From positions 5,021-69,020 of the forward strand of contig JAVCDH010000003.1 in the NCBI GenBank assembly GCA_030765805.1: a stretch of 64,000 nt of DNA. The letters are read 5' to 3'. This stretch comes from Candidatus Euphemobacter frigidus (lineage in GTDB: Bacteria; Auribacterota; Erginobacteria; Erginobacterales; Erginobacteraceae). Every line of letters begins with the position of its first letter. Positions within the stretch are counted from its first letter, which is position 1. The notes under the pieces were generated by a model. It made no database searches. It saw only the letters and a list, made by a program, of their open reading frames with translations, and was not told where the DNA came from. Positions 26,177 through 34,915 of the stretch are shown here, piece after piece. Position numbers and translations under genes: made by a program.

Positions 26177-26690
26177 CTTTTCTCCTCTTTTTTTTCGTGT
26201 CTTTTTTTTCGCGCAGTTTTATCTCCAGGATGTTATTTTGGAAATGGGTCTTTATTTTTCCGGGGTCGACCATGAACGGGAGCAACATTTCTTTGGCGTA
26301 TTTTTTCACTCCGGACGTGTCTTTGCCCCGGGCCGATATTTCAAGAATGTCGCCATGTATCTTCAACTGGATATCCTCCTTTTCTTCGACCCCCGGCAGG
26401 TAAGCGACAATCACCAGATCGGACACATACTCCAGGATGCTCATCGCCGGCTCCTTTATTCTCTCCACCATAAAATACTTGTCCGCTGAGAAACATCTGG
26501 TGAACTTTGGCTTCGGAGCAAATGTCCAGGAACGAATAGGCGCGGTCTTCTCCCGACTGACCGGTCCGGCTACTTTTATCCCCCCGACACCGACTTTAAT
26601 GCTTACCCCGGGTTTTACGGATTTCTTCCGACCGCCTCTGCGGGTCCCGGATGAACCGGTGCTTGTTACTGAAGGTATGGATCCGATCAT
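26145..26690 (-). CDS. Hsp20/alpha-crystallin family protein (GvpH-like)
   Basis: KEP...LVIVAYLPGVEE..DIQLKIHGDILEISA...KYAKEMLLP...FQNNILEIKL. Confidence 0.8.
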   Translation of the reverse strand: MIGSIPSVTSTGSSGTRRGGRKKSVKPGVSIKVGVGGIKVAGPVSREKTAPIRSWTFAPKPKFTRCFSADKYFMVERIKEPAMSILEYVSDLVIVAYLPGVEEKEDIQLKIHGDILEISARGKDTSGVKKYAKEMLLPFMVDPGKIKTHFQNNILEIKLREKKDTKKKRRKDEKENSDRGR

Positions 26691-29083
26691 TGTTCTGTTA
26701 CTCCGTATTTTTGAGCTTTTACCGGGACCAGTACAGTGAATGTGGTCCCTTTGCCTTCCTCGCTTGTTACTTCTATGGCGCCCCCGAGCTTTTCTATAAT
26801 TCCATAGGTGATAGAGAGCCCCAGGCCTACGCCTTTACCGGGCACTTTAGTGGTAAAAAACGGATCGAATATCCTGATCATATCTTTCTCCGATATACCG
26901 TGTCCTGTGTCGCTGAATTCAATCTCCACCGCTGTGCCGGACTCCGCTGTCTCCCCGGCCGCCTCTTTAACCCCCTCGTTCCGGAGCTTGGTTTTTATTC
27001 TCAAACGTCCTCCTTCGGGCATAGCTTCGCATGAGTTCATGATTAGGTTGCTGAAGGCCAGGCTGAGCTGATGTCTATCGGTTTCCACTTTTGGCAGATG
27101 GGCCGCAAAGCCTTTTGACACTTCCATATTCGTAGTTTTGATTTGATCATGTAAATATTTCAGGGTTTCTTTTATAACTTCGTTTACATCGGTGGGAGCT
27201 AATTCAAAACGAGGCGTATGATAAGAGATCAGGAGGCTGCCCACGATCTCCTTGCATCGTTCGGTGGCTCGTTCCACTCTCTCCAGGCCCTTCGCGTAAA
27301 TTTTTAAGTCGGGCATGTCAGCAACCTGCTTTTTAAGTAAAATAGACAGCCTCTGTACGTTTAGCATAATCGACGTCAGCGGGTTGTTGAGCTCATGAGC
27401 GACCCCTGCCGCCAGTTGGCCGATCGAAGTCAGTTTCTCGGTTTGAATAAGTTTTTCTTGTGTCTCTTTCAGTTTTATGTAAGCATTCTCTAACTCCTTG
27501 CTCTTCCTGGCCAATTCCTCTGCCCTTCTGCGTTCAGCCTCAGACGCTGCTATGGCAACGGCAAGTTCCTTCTCTCTTTGCATAAGGCGATTTATTTCAC
27601 GCATATCGCGTGCGATACCGACTATGCCCACCAGCTTTTCTTTTTTATCTCTCATTACCGAACCGGAGAAACTGACGGGGATTTTCTCGCCCAATTTTGT
27701 CTTATAGGGCATATCATAATCCCTGAGCGAGCCCTCTTTTATTAACTTTTTCAATTTGGCGGTACTAAATTCTTCTTCTTCTTCTTCTTCTTCTTCTTCT
27801 TCTTCTTCTGCAAAAAGTATATCAACAGGCTTTCCGATCAGCTCTTTTTTCGTGTATCCCAGCAGATCAAGTGTGGCCCGGTTAACAGTTTTTATCATCC
27901 CATCCGAGTCCGCCACGATCAGGGTATCGATCATGCTCCTGACTATATTGTCGGTATAATCCTTCGCCGCGATCAACTCGTCCAGGGATTTGCTCAAATC
28001 CCTGGTCATCCTGTCAAACGCCCTGGAAAGCTGCCCGATTTCATCCTTCGCGTCAGTGCCTACCCTGTAACCCAGATCGCCGCGGCCGATTACTTCGGTA
28101 CCTTTGTGCAATTTTCGGATTGGCCCGCTGATGTTTCTCGAAACAAAAATGGCTACAAGCCATGCCAGTAACGGGATAACAGCCATGATGCCGATGAAGG
28201 TGTTTCTTATTCCGGCCAGGAGCGCCAAGGCCTCTTTTTCGTCGATCTCCGCCACAAGGCACCACTGCATACACGGGATATGGTCGTGTATACCGAGCAC
28301 CCTGACTCCCCTGTAGTCCGTGTAAATCATCGCCTTGTGCGGATGCGGCTTTGAGCCGAACTTCTCGACGTCTTCAAAGCCCGCCCTTACGCCTGCGGTA
28401 TCGACCTTCTGCCTGAGGAAAGTATCCTTCACAAAGTGGGAGGGCGTTATCATGTAGCCGTACTTGTTCACCAGGTATATCTCGCCCGTTCTGCCGAGGC
28501 CCGTCCTGTCGGTTACTATTTTATTTAATTTGGCCAGGCTGAACCTGGCCGCGACCACGCCCAGAAACTTCTTGTTCTCTATTACGGGCGCCGAGATAAC
28601 CAGATGCTTTTTCCCCGTCGTTCTGGAATAGTAGGCATCTTTAATATACGGTCCTCTTCTTCCTCCCAAAAAATACGCGTCGGTTGACCTGTCCAGGCCG
28701 ATGCTCTTCATGTCGCTGGAATTAACAATTACGCCGGTCGTGTTCATGACGAAAAATTCCTGAACGCATTTGCTGGCCTTTTCCGTCCCGTCCAGCCTTT
28801 CTGTGGCGATCTCTAATTTTCCGCCGTAACCCGGGGAGCCTTTGCCTGCCGATAGCAGGTTTGCGATATACATGCTTTTGGACAGTTGCACTACCTTCTC
28901 TCTCTCCGTTTCAAGGAAAGTCTCGACATGCCTCGCCCTTGATTGGGCCACTGAGTTCAGATGAGCGAATATCTCTTTTTTCAGGTTGTTTTTAGCCGGG
29001 ATATATAAACTGAGCATGGCGAAACCGGCGAGCAGGGCGACCGCTATAATGAAATAGATGGTTATCTTACTTCCTGTCTTCAT
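26687..29083 (-). CDS. Membrane sensor histidine kinase (TM-Cache-TM-HAMP-PAS-HisKA-HATPase)
   Basis: Two TM helices, GLGRTGEIYLVN Cache motif, DEIGQLSRAFDRM HAMP, AHELNNPL, GVGLGL. Confidence 0.93.
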   Translation of the reverse strand: MKTGSKITIYFIIAVALLAGFAMLSLYIPAKNNLKKEIFAHLNSVAQSRARHVETFLETEREKVVQLSKSMYIANLLSAGKGSPGYGGKLEIATERLDGTEKASKCVQEFFVMNTTGVIVNSSDMKSIGLDRSTDAYFLGGRRGPYIKDAYYSRTTGKKHLVISAPVIENKKFLGVVAARFSLAKLNKIVTDRTGLGRTGEIYLVNKYGYMITPSHFVKDTFLRQKVDTAGVRAGFEDVEKFGSKPHPHKAMIYTDYRGVRVLGIHDHIPCMQWCLVAEIDEKEALALLAGIRNTFIGIMAVIPLLAWLVAIFVSRNISGPIRKLHKGTEVIGRGDLGYRVGTDAKDEIGQLSRAFDRMTRDLSKSLDELIAAKDYTDNIVRSMIDTLIVADSDGMIKTVNRATLDLLGYTKKELIGKPVDILFAEEEEEEEEEEEEEFSTAKLKKLIKEGSLRDYDMPYKTKLGEKIPVSFSGSVMRDKKEKLVGIVGIARDMREINRLMQREKELAVAIAASEAERRRAEELARKSKELENAYIKLKETQEKLIQTEKLTSIGQLAAGVAHELNNPLTSIMLNVQRLSILLKKQVADMPDLKIYAKGLERVERATERCKEIVGSLLISYHTPRFELAPTDVNEVIKETLKYLHDQIKTTNMEVSKGFAAHLPKVETDRHQLSLAFSNLIMNSCEAMPEGGRLRIKTKLRNEGVKEAAGETAESGTAVEIEFSDTGHGISEKDMIRIFDPFFTTKVPGKGVGLGLSITYGIIEKLGGAIEVTSEEGKGTTFTVLVPVKAQKYGVTEQ
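27770..27808. repeat. Perfect (GAA)13 coding microsatellite (poly-Glu)
   Basis: 39 nt of uninterrupted TTC on + strand, within the kinase PAS domain. Confidence 0.95.
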
Positions 29084-30062
29084 AAAGCGTCCTCAGCAGC
29101 GTTCTGTCGAATGCCTTTTTCGCGTCCGGTTTCTTTGATATTCTCCCGCCGGCAAACTTAATCCCGGCAATAGTATTGAAGCATTCGATCAACTCCTTTT
29201 CTTCCTCTGGCCCAATCTGTTCCTCATAACCTACCCATCTAAGGCCCGTGACCTGTTTTCTGTACTGCTCCGGCGTTATATCGTAGTGGTGGGCAATAAT
29301 CCCGCTCGCCTCAACGGGATGCGCTTTATAATATTTTATAGCCCTGAACCAACCCCTCATCAGCTTCTTGACAAGCCCCGGGCGGTTTTTTACCATATCC
29401 TCCCTCACGTTGAGAGTGTCTATTATTATCTCCGGTTCGTCCCTGGTTGTGAGCAGGACATGCGCCCCGGGCCTTTCCAGGGCCTTCGACAGCCACGGCT
29501 GCCAGGTGACCACCGCGTCCGCATCGCCTTTCAGAAACGCCTCCCATACGTCATCAGGGCCTCTTGGAACTATGATTATATCCGCAAGCGACATCCCCTT
29601 CTTATCGAGCACATGGGCCAGGAGAGTCTCCCCGACATTGTCCCTCGCCAGGGCCACCCTCCTGCCCTTCAAATCCTCCACTTTTTTAATGCCCTTTGCC
29701 GCGACAATCCCGTCACTCCCGGCAGAATGGTCTATCTCCATGACGGCGACTATCGGCGTCTCCTGTGCCCTCTTCGCGACCAGCAGGTCGATAGTCCCCG
29801 CCTCGCAATCGAGCATTCCCTGCTTGAAGGCGTCGCGCCTGGCAGAGTCGAGCGGCTCATCCACGATCACAAGCTCCATCCCCTCTTCTTTGAAAAACCC
29901 CTTCTCCTTCGCCAGGTAAAACGGCCCGTAGCCCACCCACTTCTGAAAAGCGATGTTCATTCTCTCCGGTTCCGCCTCTTCCGCCCTTCGCGCGCAGCCG
30001 GGAGAAAGTAGAACGAGCGCCAAAAAATATAAAAAGCCGGACTTATAACAGATTGCTTTCAT
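29067..30062 (-). CDS. ABC-type solute-binding lipoprotein (SsuA/THI5/NMT1-like)
   Basis: Lipobox LSPGC; WVGYGPFYLAKEKGFFKEEG, DLKGRRVA, DAVVTWQPW. Overlaps kinase start. Confidence 0.88.
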   Translation of the reverse strand: MKAICYKSGFLYFLALVLLSPGCARRAEEAEPERMNIAFQKWVGYGPFYLAKEKGFFKEEGMELVIVDEPLDSARRDAFKQGMLDCEAGTIDLLVAKRAQETPIVAVMEIDHSAGSDGIVAAKGIKKVEDLKGRRVALARDNVGETLLAHVLDKKGMSLADIIIVPRGPDDVWEAFLKGDADAVVTWQPWLSKALERPGAHVLLTTRDEPEIIIDTLNVREDMVKNRPGLVKKLMRGWFRAIKYYKAHPVEASGIIAHHYDITPEQYRKQVTGLRWVGYEEQIGPEEEKELIECFNTIAGIKFAGGRISKKPDAKKAFDRTLLRTLYEDRK

Positions 30063-30231
30063 TACCTAAATCCATCCCCGTTCTCCCCCGCGCCGCAGGC
30101 GCGGAGGGGATTCCTCCTGGTTTTCAGTCACAACTCCACTGGGACAAGCCCGGTGGTGACCATAAATTACCCTCCCCCAATACTAAGTCTTCAGCAATTT
30201 CGCGAAGTGTGAAATGTCGTTCGTGATTAAA

Positions 30232-31476
30232 TTATGGTCTCACTCTGTTACATTTCGGTGCTAAACCATAGGTAGCAACGAATAGTTTATATAATCTCCT
30301 TTCCTCTTCCTTCCAGTTCCTTGAAAACTGGATATATCTGAAAGAACATTCGTATTTTTTTAAAAAAACCTTTATCCGCCCGTTTTTGCTGTTTCTTCCC
30401 AGGTGTTCTCTTAATCTCTTTTTGATATTCCCGGAACTTCCGATGTAAAAGACCGTATCTCGTATTTTTTTCTTTATACTAAATTCATAAACTCCGCTTT
30501 TTTCCGGAGCGAATTTTACAACGGATTCAATTGTCATAGGATACAGCATTGAGAAATTCGCCGAAAGAGGGGGATATTTATATCCTGATAATCTCCTGTT
30601 GGCAGGAGGTATCCCCATATCCTTGCGACAAAGACCGATTGAGTGTCTGGAACGTCTAACCCCATATTCGCTCTCTAATTCAACCCTTATCTGGTTATCC
30701 GTGAGAGGCTTTTTTAACCTTCCAGACTCAATATCCTCATTTTCTTTATCAAGGAGCTGTTTTACAAGCCTTTTATTTATATCCTTCTGGGTTTGAAAAA
30801 ACCATTTTAAGGGTTTTTCCTCGCCAGAGGGAATAATCACTGAAAGTCTATTTGCCAATCTCGATGTCCAACTATTTTCGATGGGTAACTGGACTTGGCT
30901 GAATGGCACTAAATCAATTGGTTCGCCTGTCCTTAGATACTTGCGTTGATGTTCGATTATTCCTTTCAGTATTTTATGAGTAAGTTCATTCCTTGAGCTT
31001 AAGCGTCTAACCCGGAATAACCACATTAGATAGACTTCGTCATCTAACGGAACAGGCGTGGACTGAAACTCCGTAAACTCACTCCGTTCGCACGGGGCAG
31101 GCATGGACTCATGCGGACCGGAACGGTGATTTGCACGGACTCTTTCATTCAATAGCTTATCAATCAGATACACTTTATTAAATCCCTCATGGGTATATCT
31201 GATAGAGAAATCATCGCTTCTTCTTGTTATCTCGGCGACTACATTTGGCGAATAACTTTTGGTTTTCCGGCTGATCCCGGCTCTGGAGAGTCTTTTAACT
31301 TTTATATCATTGCGAGGTTGGCAGGCCCGCAACTTGTCAAAGAACAGTAAATTCTCCGTGTTCTCAATAAAACGTCTGTATTTCTTTAATGGTAGCTCAA
31401 GAATATTAGCGAATATTATCCTACCGATAAGTTTCTTGTGTTGTATATCGCCTCCCAATCTTCCACTGGTTGACAA
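30232..31476 (-). CDS. Sigma54 (RpoN)-derived DNA-binding region fused to a GIY-YIG nuclease domain
   Basis: RNELTHKILKGIIEHQRKYL, SW.SR....IIPSG..PLKWFF, KPLTDNQI...SRHSIGLCRKDMGIPPANRR (RpoN-box-like); then GVYEF...FYIGSSGNIKKRLREH...EEERRL...PKCN. Confidence 0.8.
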   Translation of the reverse strand: MSTSGRLGGDIQHKKLIGRIIFANILELPLKKYRRFIENTENLLFFDKLRACQPRNDIKVKRLSRAGISRKTKSYSPNVVAEITRRSDDFSIRYTHEGFNKVYLIDKLLNERVRANHRSGPHESMPAPCERSEFTEFQSTPVPLDDEVYLMWLFRVRRLSSRNELTHKILKGIIEHQRKYLRTGEPIDLVPFSQVQLPIENSWTSRLANRLSVIIPSGEEKPLKWFFQTQKDINKRLVKQLLDKENEDIESGRLKKPLTDNQIRVELESEYGVRRSRHSIGLCRKDMGIPPANRRLSGYKYPPLSANFSMLYPMTIESVVKFAPEKSGVYEFSIKKKIRDTVFYIGSSGNIKKRLREHLGRNSKNGRIKVFLKKYECSFRYIQFSRNWKEEERRLYKLFVATYGLAPKCNRVRP

Positions 31477-31497
31477 TGGAGAATAATGGGCTCTCCC

Positions 31498-33195
31498 TCA
31501 CATCCTCCCGTGGCGGAGGATGGTGATCAATAGCCAGAAGCCCATAATTCCCGCGAACAGGAAGCCGAGGAGCCCGATGATCGGGATGTCGTTCCATTTT
31601 GGAGGAAGCCCGGAGAGCACTATCAGAGACGACCCGATGATCAGCGCCGCCAGAACGATGGAAAAAGAAACCCGGTTGCTGGTCCGGTCGAAGGTGGAGA
31701 GAGCCCGATCCAATCCCCGATGCTGGAAGATGATCTTCAGTTTCCCTTCCCGGGTTTGAGTAAGGATAGAACGTAACTCCCCGGGGATCTCCCTGAGCAG
31801 ACCGAGTAATTCGGTGCTTGATTCGAAGAGTTCACCGACTATCCGCTTCGGGTTGAGGCGAGCCAGCTGAATACGCTGAACAAACGGCCGCGCTATAGAT
31901 ATGAATTCAAAGTTAGGGTCGAGTGCCACCCCGATGCTCTCAACCTGGCTGAGCGCTTTCATCATCAGGAAGAAATCGGCCTTTATGGTCAGGCGGTGTG
32001 TGGCCATAAATTTCAGGAGCTTTTGCATCAATTTCCCCAGGCTTAACTCCTTAAGTGATGAGTAGAGGTATTGATCGGCAAGATCGGCCATGTCCCGTTC
32101 CAGTTTCTCCCGGTCCGGTTCGGTATCATAATCCGTTAACTTCAGAACCGCTTCGACAGACTTTTTATAGTCCCGCTGGACGGTCGCCATCAGCAGATCG
32201 GCAAAATCTTCGCGTTCCTGCCGGTTGATCCGGCCCATCATCCCGAAGTCAACGTAACAGATAATATTCTCCGGAAGGAAGAAGATGTTCCCCGGATGAG
32301 GGTCACCGTGGAAGAAGCCGTAAACGAAGATCTGCTTCATAATCAGATCGGCGCCCCGTTCGGCGAGGAGGGGAAGATCGTAATTTTCCTTTTTCAGGGA
32401 GTCGAGATCGGATCCTTTGACGCCGTGAATATCCTCCATGGTAAGGATCCGTTCGGTTGTCATATCCCGGTAGACCCGGGGAACCCGGATGGTTTCATCG
32501 TCTTTAAACTGGGCGGCGAACCGTTCGATATGGGATGCCTCGACAGTATAGGCGATCTCCTCTTCTAGAGTGTGAGCGAACTCCTCAACAATCCGGCTTG
32601 GGCGGATGACCCGCAGTTCTTCCAGGTGCCGCTCCATCAAGCCGGCCAGATGGAGCATTATCTCCAGATCAATCTCGATCGTCTTCCTGATCCGGGGACG
32701 CTGAACCTTGACCACGACATCGGTCCCATCTTTCAGCCGGGCTTTATGCGCCTGGCCGATCGAAGCGGCGGCCATCGGTTTCTCTTCGAAGCTTCCAAAG
32801 AGGTCTTCCGGGAACTGGCCGGTCTCGGCTTTGATGATCTCCCGGACCTCTCGGTAGGGAAAGGGAGGGACTTCGTCCTGGAGTTTTGTGAGTTCCTCAA
32901 TAAAGGCCAGGGGGATCAGATCGGGACGGGTGGAGAGTATCTGCCCCAGCTTGACAAAGGTAGGCCCCAGTTCTTCCAGGGCCAGTTTGAATCGCTGGGG
33001 GCCGGTCAGGACCTCGACCTCCTCATGTCGCCTCCGGTGTAACTTCTGAAGACCCAGTTCAACAATCTGCTCGATCTTCAGGGTATCAAGAAGTTCCCCG
33101 AAGCCGTACTTGAAGAGGACCCGGATGATCTGGCGATATCGGCCGATATGCCGGTAAGTACGACCGACACCGGCAATTTTACGGATGCTCAGCAT
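31498..33195 (-). CDS. AarF/ABC1/UbiB-family atypical kinase
   Basis: LGPTFVKLGQILSTRPD, AASIGQAH, VKVQRP, FFHGDPHPGN, DFGMMG; two C-terminal TMs. Confidence 0.93.
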   Translation of the reverse strand: MLSIRKIAGVGRTYRHIGRYRQIIRVLFKYGFGELLDTLKIEQIVELGLQKLHRRRHEEVEVLTGPQRFKLALEELGPTFVKLGQILSTRPDLIPLAFIEELTKLQDEVPPFPYREVREIIKAETGQFPEDLFGSFEEKPMAAASIGQAHKARLKDGTDVVVKVQRPRIRKTIEIDLEIMLHLAGLMERHLEELRVIRPSRIVEEFAHTLEEEIAYTVEASHIERFAAQFKDDETIRVPRVYRDMTTERILTMEDIHGVKGSDLDSLKKENYDLPLLAERGADLIMKQIFVYGFFHGDPHPGNIFFLPENIICYVDFGMMGRINRQEREDFADLLMATVQRDYKKSVEAVLKLTDYDTEPDREKLERDMADLADQYLYSSLKELSLGKLMQKLLKFMATHRLTIKADFFLMMKALSQVESIGVALDPNFEFISIARPFVQRIQLARLNPKRIVGELFESSTELLGLLREIPGELRSILTQTREGKLKIIFQHRGLDRALSTFDRTSNRVSFSIVLAALIIGSSLIVLSGLPPKWNDIPIIGLLGFLFAGIMGFWLLITILRHGRM

Positions 33196-33507
33196 CTATT
33201 TTGGAACCTCAACGCCCTTTGATCGGCCCTCCAGTTTCTTTATCCTCTTCTTAAGCGCGGAGAGATCATCTCTGGTGACCAGGTCCAGTCTCTGCAGTGT
33301 ACTCTTGATTATCTTCTCGATCCGTTCTTCCACCGCTTTCCGGGCACTCTCCGATTTTTTTGCCAGCTCATCAAAAAATTCTTTTGCCTCTTTCTCGGAT
33401 AGTTCCCCCTTTTTAACGAGTTCCTGAGAGATCTCCTCCACTTTCTCCTTGGTCAGATACGCCAATCCGACACCGGCATACATGGTTTTTTTAAGCAGAT
33501 CCAACAT
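33196..33507 (-). CDS. Phasin-like / PHA granule-associated protein
   Basis: LKKTMYAGVGLAYLTKEK...LVKKGELSEKEAK...LDLVTRDDL..L..RI..LE; usual partner of ABC1 kinases. Confidence 0.8.
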   Translation of the reverse strand: MLDLLKKTMYAGVGLAYLTKEKVEEISQELVKKGELSEKEAKEFFDELAKKSESARKAVEERIEKIIKSTLQRLDLVTRDDLSALKKRIKKLEGRSKGVEVPK

Positions 33508-33672
33508 GACCAGCCTCCTTCCCCGGTAACGCGGCCCGAGAATTCAGTTATCAAGTATAGGCCACTGGTTATTAATAATAATATCTTCGGAAAATATACC
33601 GCATCAGGGATAAAAAATAAAGAGGTTTAAGAAGAGATTGCTATCTCCCCCATCTTTTGATAAAGATAGAAC

Positions 33673-34890
33673 ATGAAAAACTGGTTGCCAATTATTGTCT
33701 GGTATCTATTGTTTCCATCCTTTCCGAGTGAAGAGGCAGCGGGAATGGAGATCACCAGTTATTACAGCCCGAGAAATCGGGAACGTCCCCTCCGGTCCCG
33801 CACCGATTATATCATCCTCCATACAACCGAAGGTCCGGCCCGAGGATCCCTGAGGAAAGTTCGCAGGAATGGAGAAACTCATTATTTCGTCAATACCGAC
33901 GGACATGTTTACCGGATCATCAGCAAGGAACGAGTCGCTTTCCATACCGGGAGAAGCATGTGGGGGGGGAAGACAAATCTCGATAACCGCTCCCTGGGAA
34001 TAGAGGTTGTCGGCTATCACAATAAAAACATCACTACCGCTCAGTATCAGGCACTCCGAGAACTCCTCCGGCAGCTTCAATCAATCTATCATATCCCGGA
34101 CGAACGCGTGCTCTCACACTCCATGATCGCCTATGGAGTTCCCAACACCTGGCATAAACACTCCCACCGCGGGCGAAAGCGGTGCGGAATGCTTTTCGCT
34201 CGAGAGTCCGTGCGAAAGAAGCTCGGACTGGATAAGAAGCCCCGGTATGACCCGGATGTGAAAGCCGGGAGACTGGTGGTGGGCGATCCCTATCTGGCCA
34301 AGGTCTTATACGGCCGGGAGCGGGAAGTTAAGACCGGGGTCGGCCGATTCACCGCCGATAACGCCAACATTATCGCGGCCGGCCGGACAGCCTGGGATAT
34401 AGCCGGGGACAGATATAACAGCGCCGGGGTTCTTTACCGTTTCCCCGATGGCAAGGAACTCCGGGGAGACCAGATTATAGCCTGGAAGAAGCTCACGGCC
34501 GGTACAATTGTTGTCCTGGGGGAGAGGCAGAGGGAGAACGAACTGGAACAGATCAAGGTCATCGGCTGGGACGGAAAGTCCGCGCGGGAGATCGCCGGGG
34601 ATGAGTATGACAACCGGGCCACGATCTATTTTTTGCCAGACGGCCGAATCCGGCGCGGAGATGAGCTCACCAAGTCCGAACTGGCGGCTCTGCCGGTAAA
34701 AACCAGGCTCCTGGTGGGATATATCGATGGCGGATATATTACCGCCCGGCGGAGCGCCTTCGATATCTGCGGATCCCGCTGGAAACTGCCGGACACGTTC
34801 TACCGCTTCTCCGACAGTTCAATCGTCTCCGGCAGCCAGATAACGGATAAGGCAATCCCGGAGCAGACCAGAATTTTCTTCCGTAACTAA
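33673..34890 (+). CDS. N-acetylmuramoyl-L-alanine amidase (Amidase_2) with three C-terminal repeats
   Basis: IILHTT, HYFV..DG, AFHTGRS.W, SLGIEVVG, VLSHSMIA; signal-like N-terminus. Confidence 0.85.
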   Translation: MKNWLPIIVWYLLFPSFPSEEAAGMEITSYYSPRNRERPLRSRTDYIILHTTEGPARGSLRKVRRNGETHYFVNTDGHVYRIISKERVAFHTGRSMWGGKTNLDNRSLGIEVVGYHNKNITTAQYQALRELLRQLQSIYHIPDERVLSHSMIAYGVPNTWHKHSHRGRKRCGMLFARESVRKKLGLDKKPRYDPDVKAGRLVVGDPYLAKVLYGREREVKTGVGRFTADNANIIAAGRTAWDIAGDRYNSAGVLYRFPDGKELRGDQIIAWKKLTAGTIVVLGERQRENELEQIKVIGWDGKSAREIAGDEYDNRATIYFLPDGRIRRGDELTKSELAALPVKTRLLVGYIDGGYITARRSAFDICGSRWKLPDTFYRFSDSSIVSGSQITDKAIPEQTRIFFRN

Positions 34891-34915
34891 AACTTACTCG
34901 AAAAGGTATTTTATT

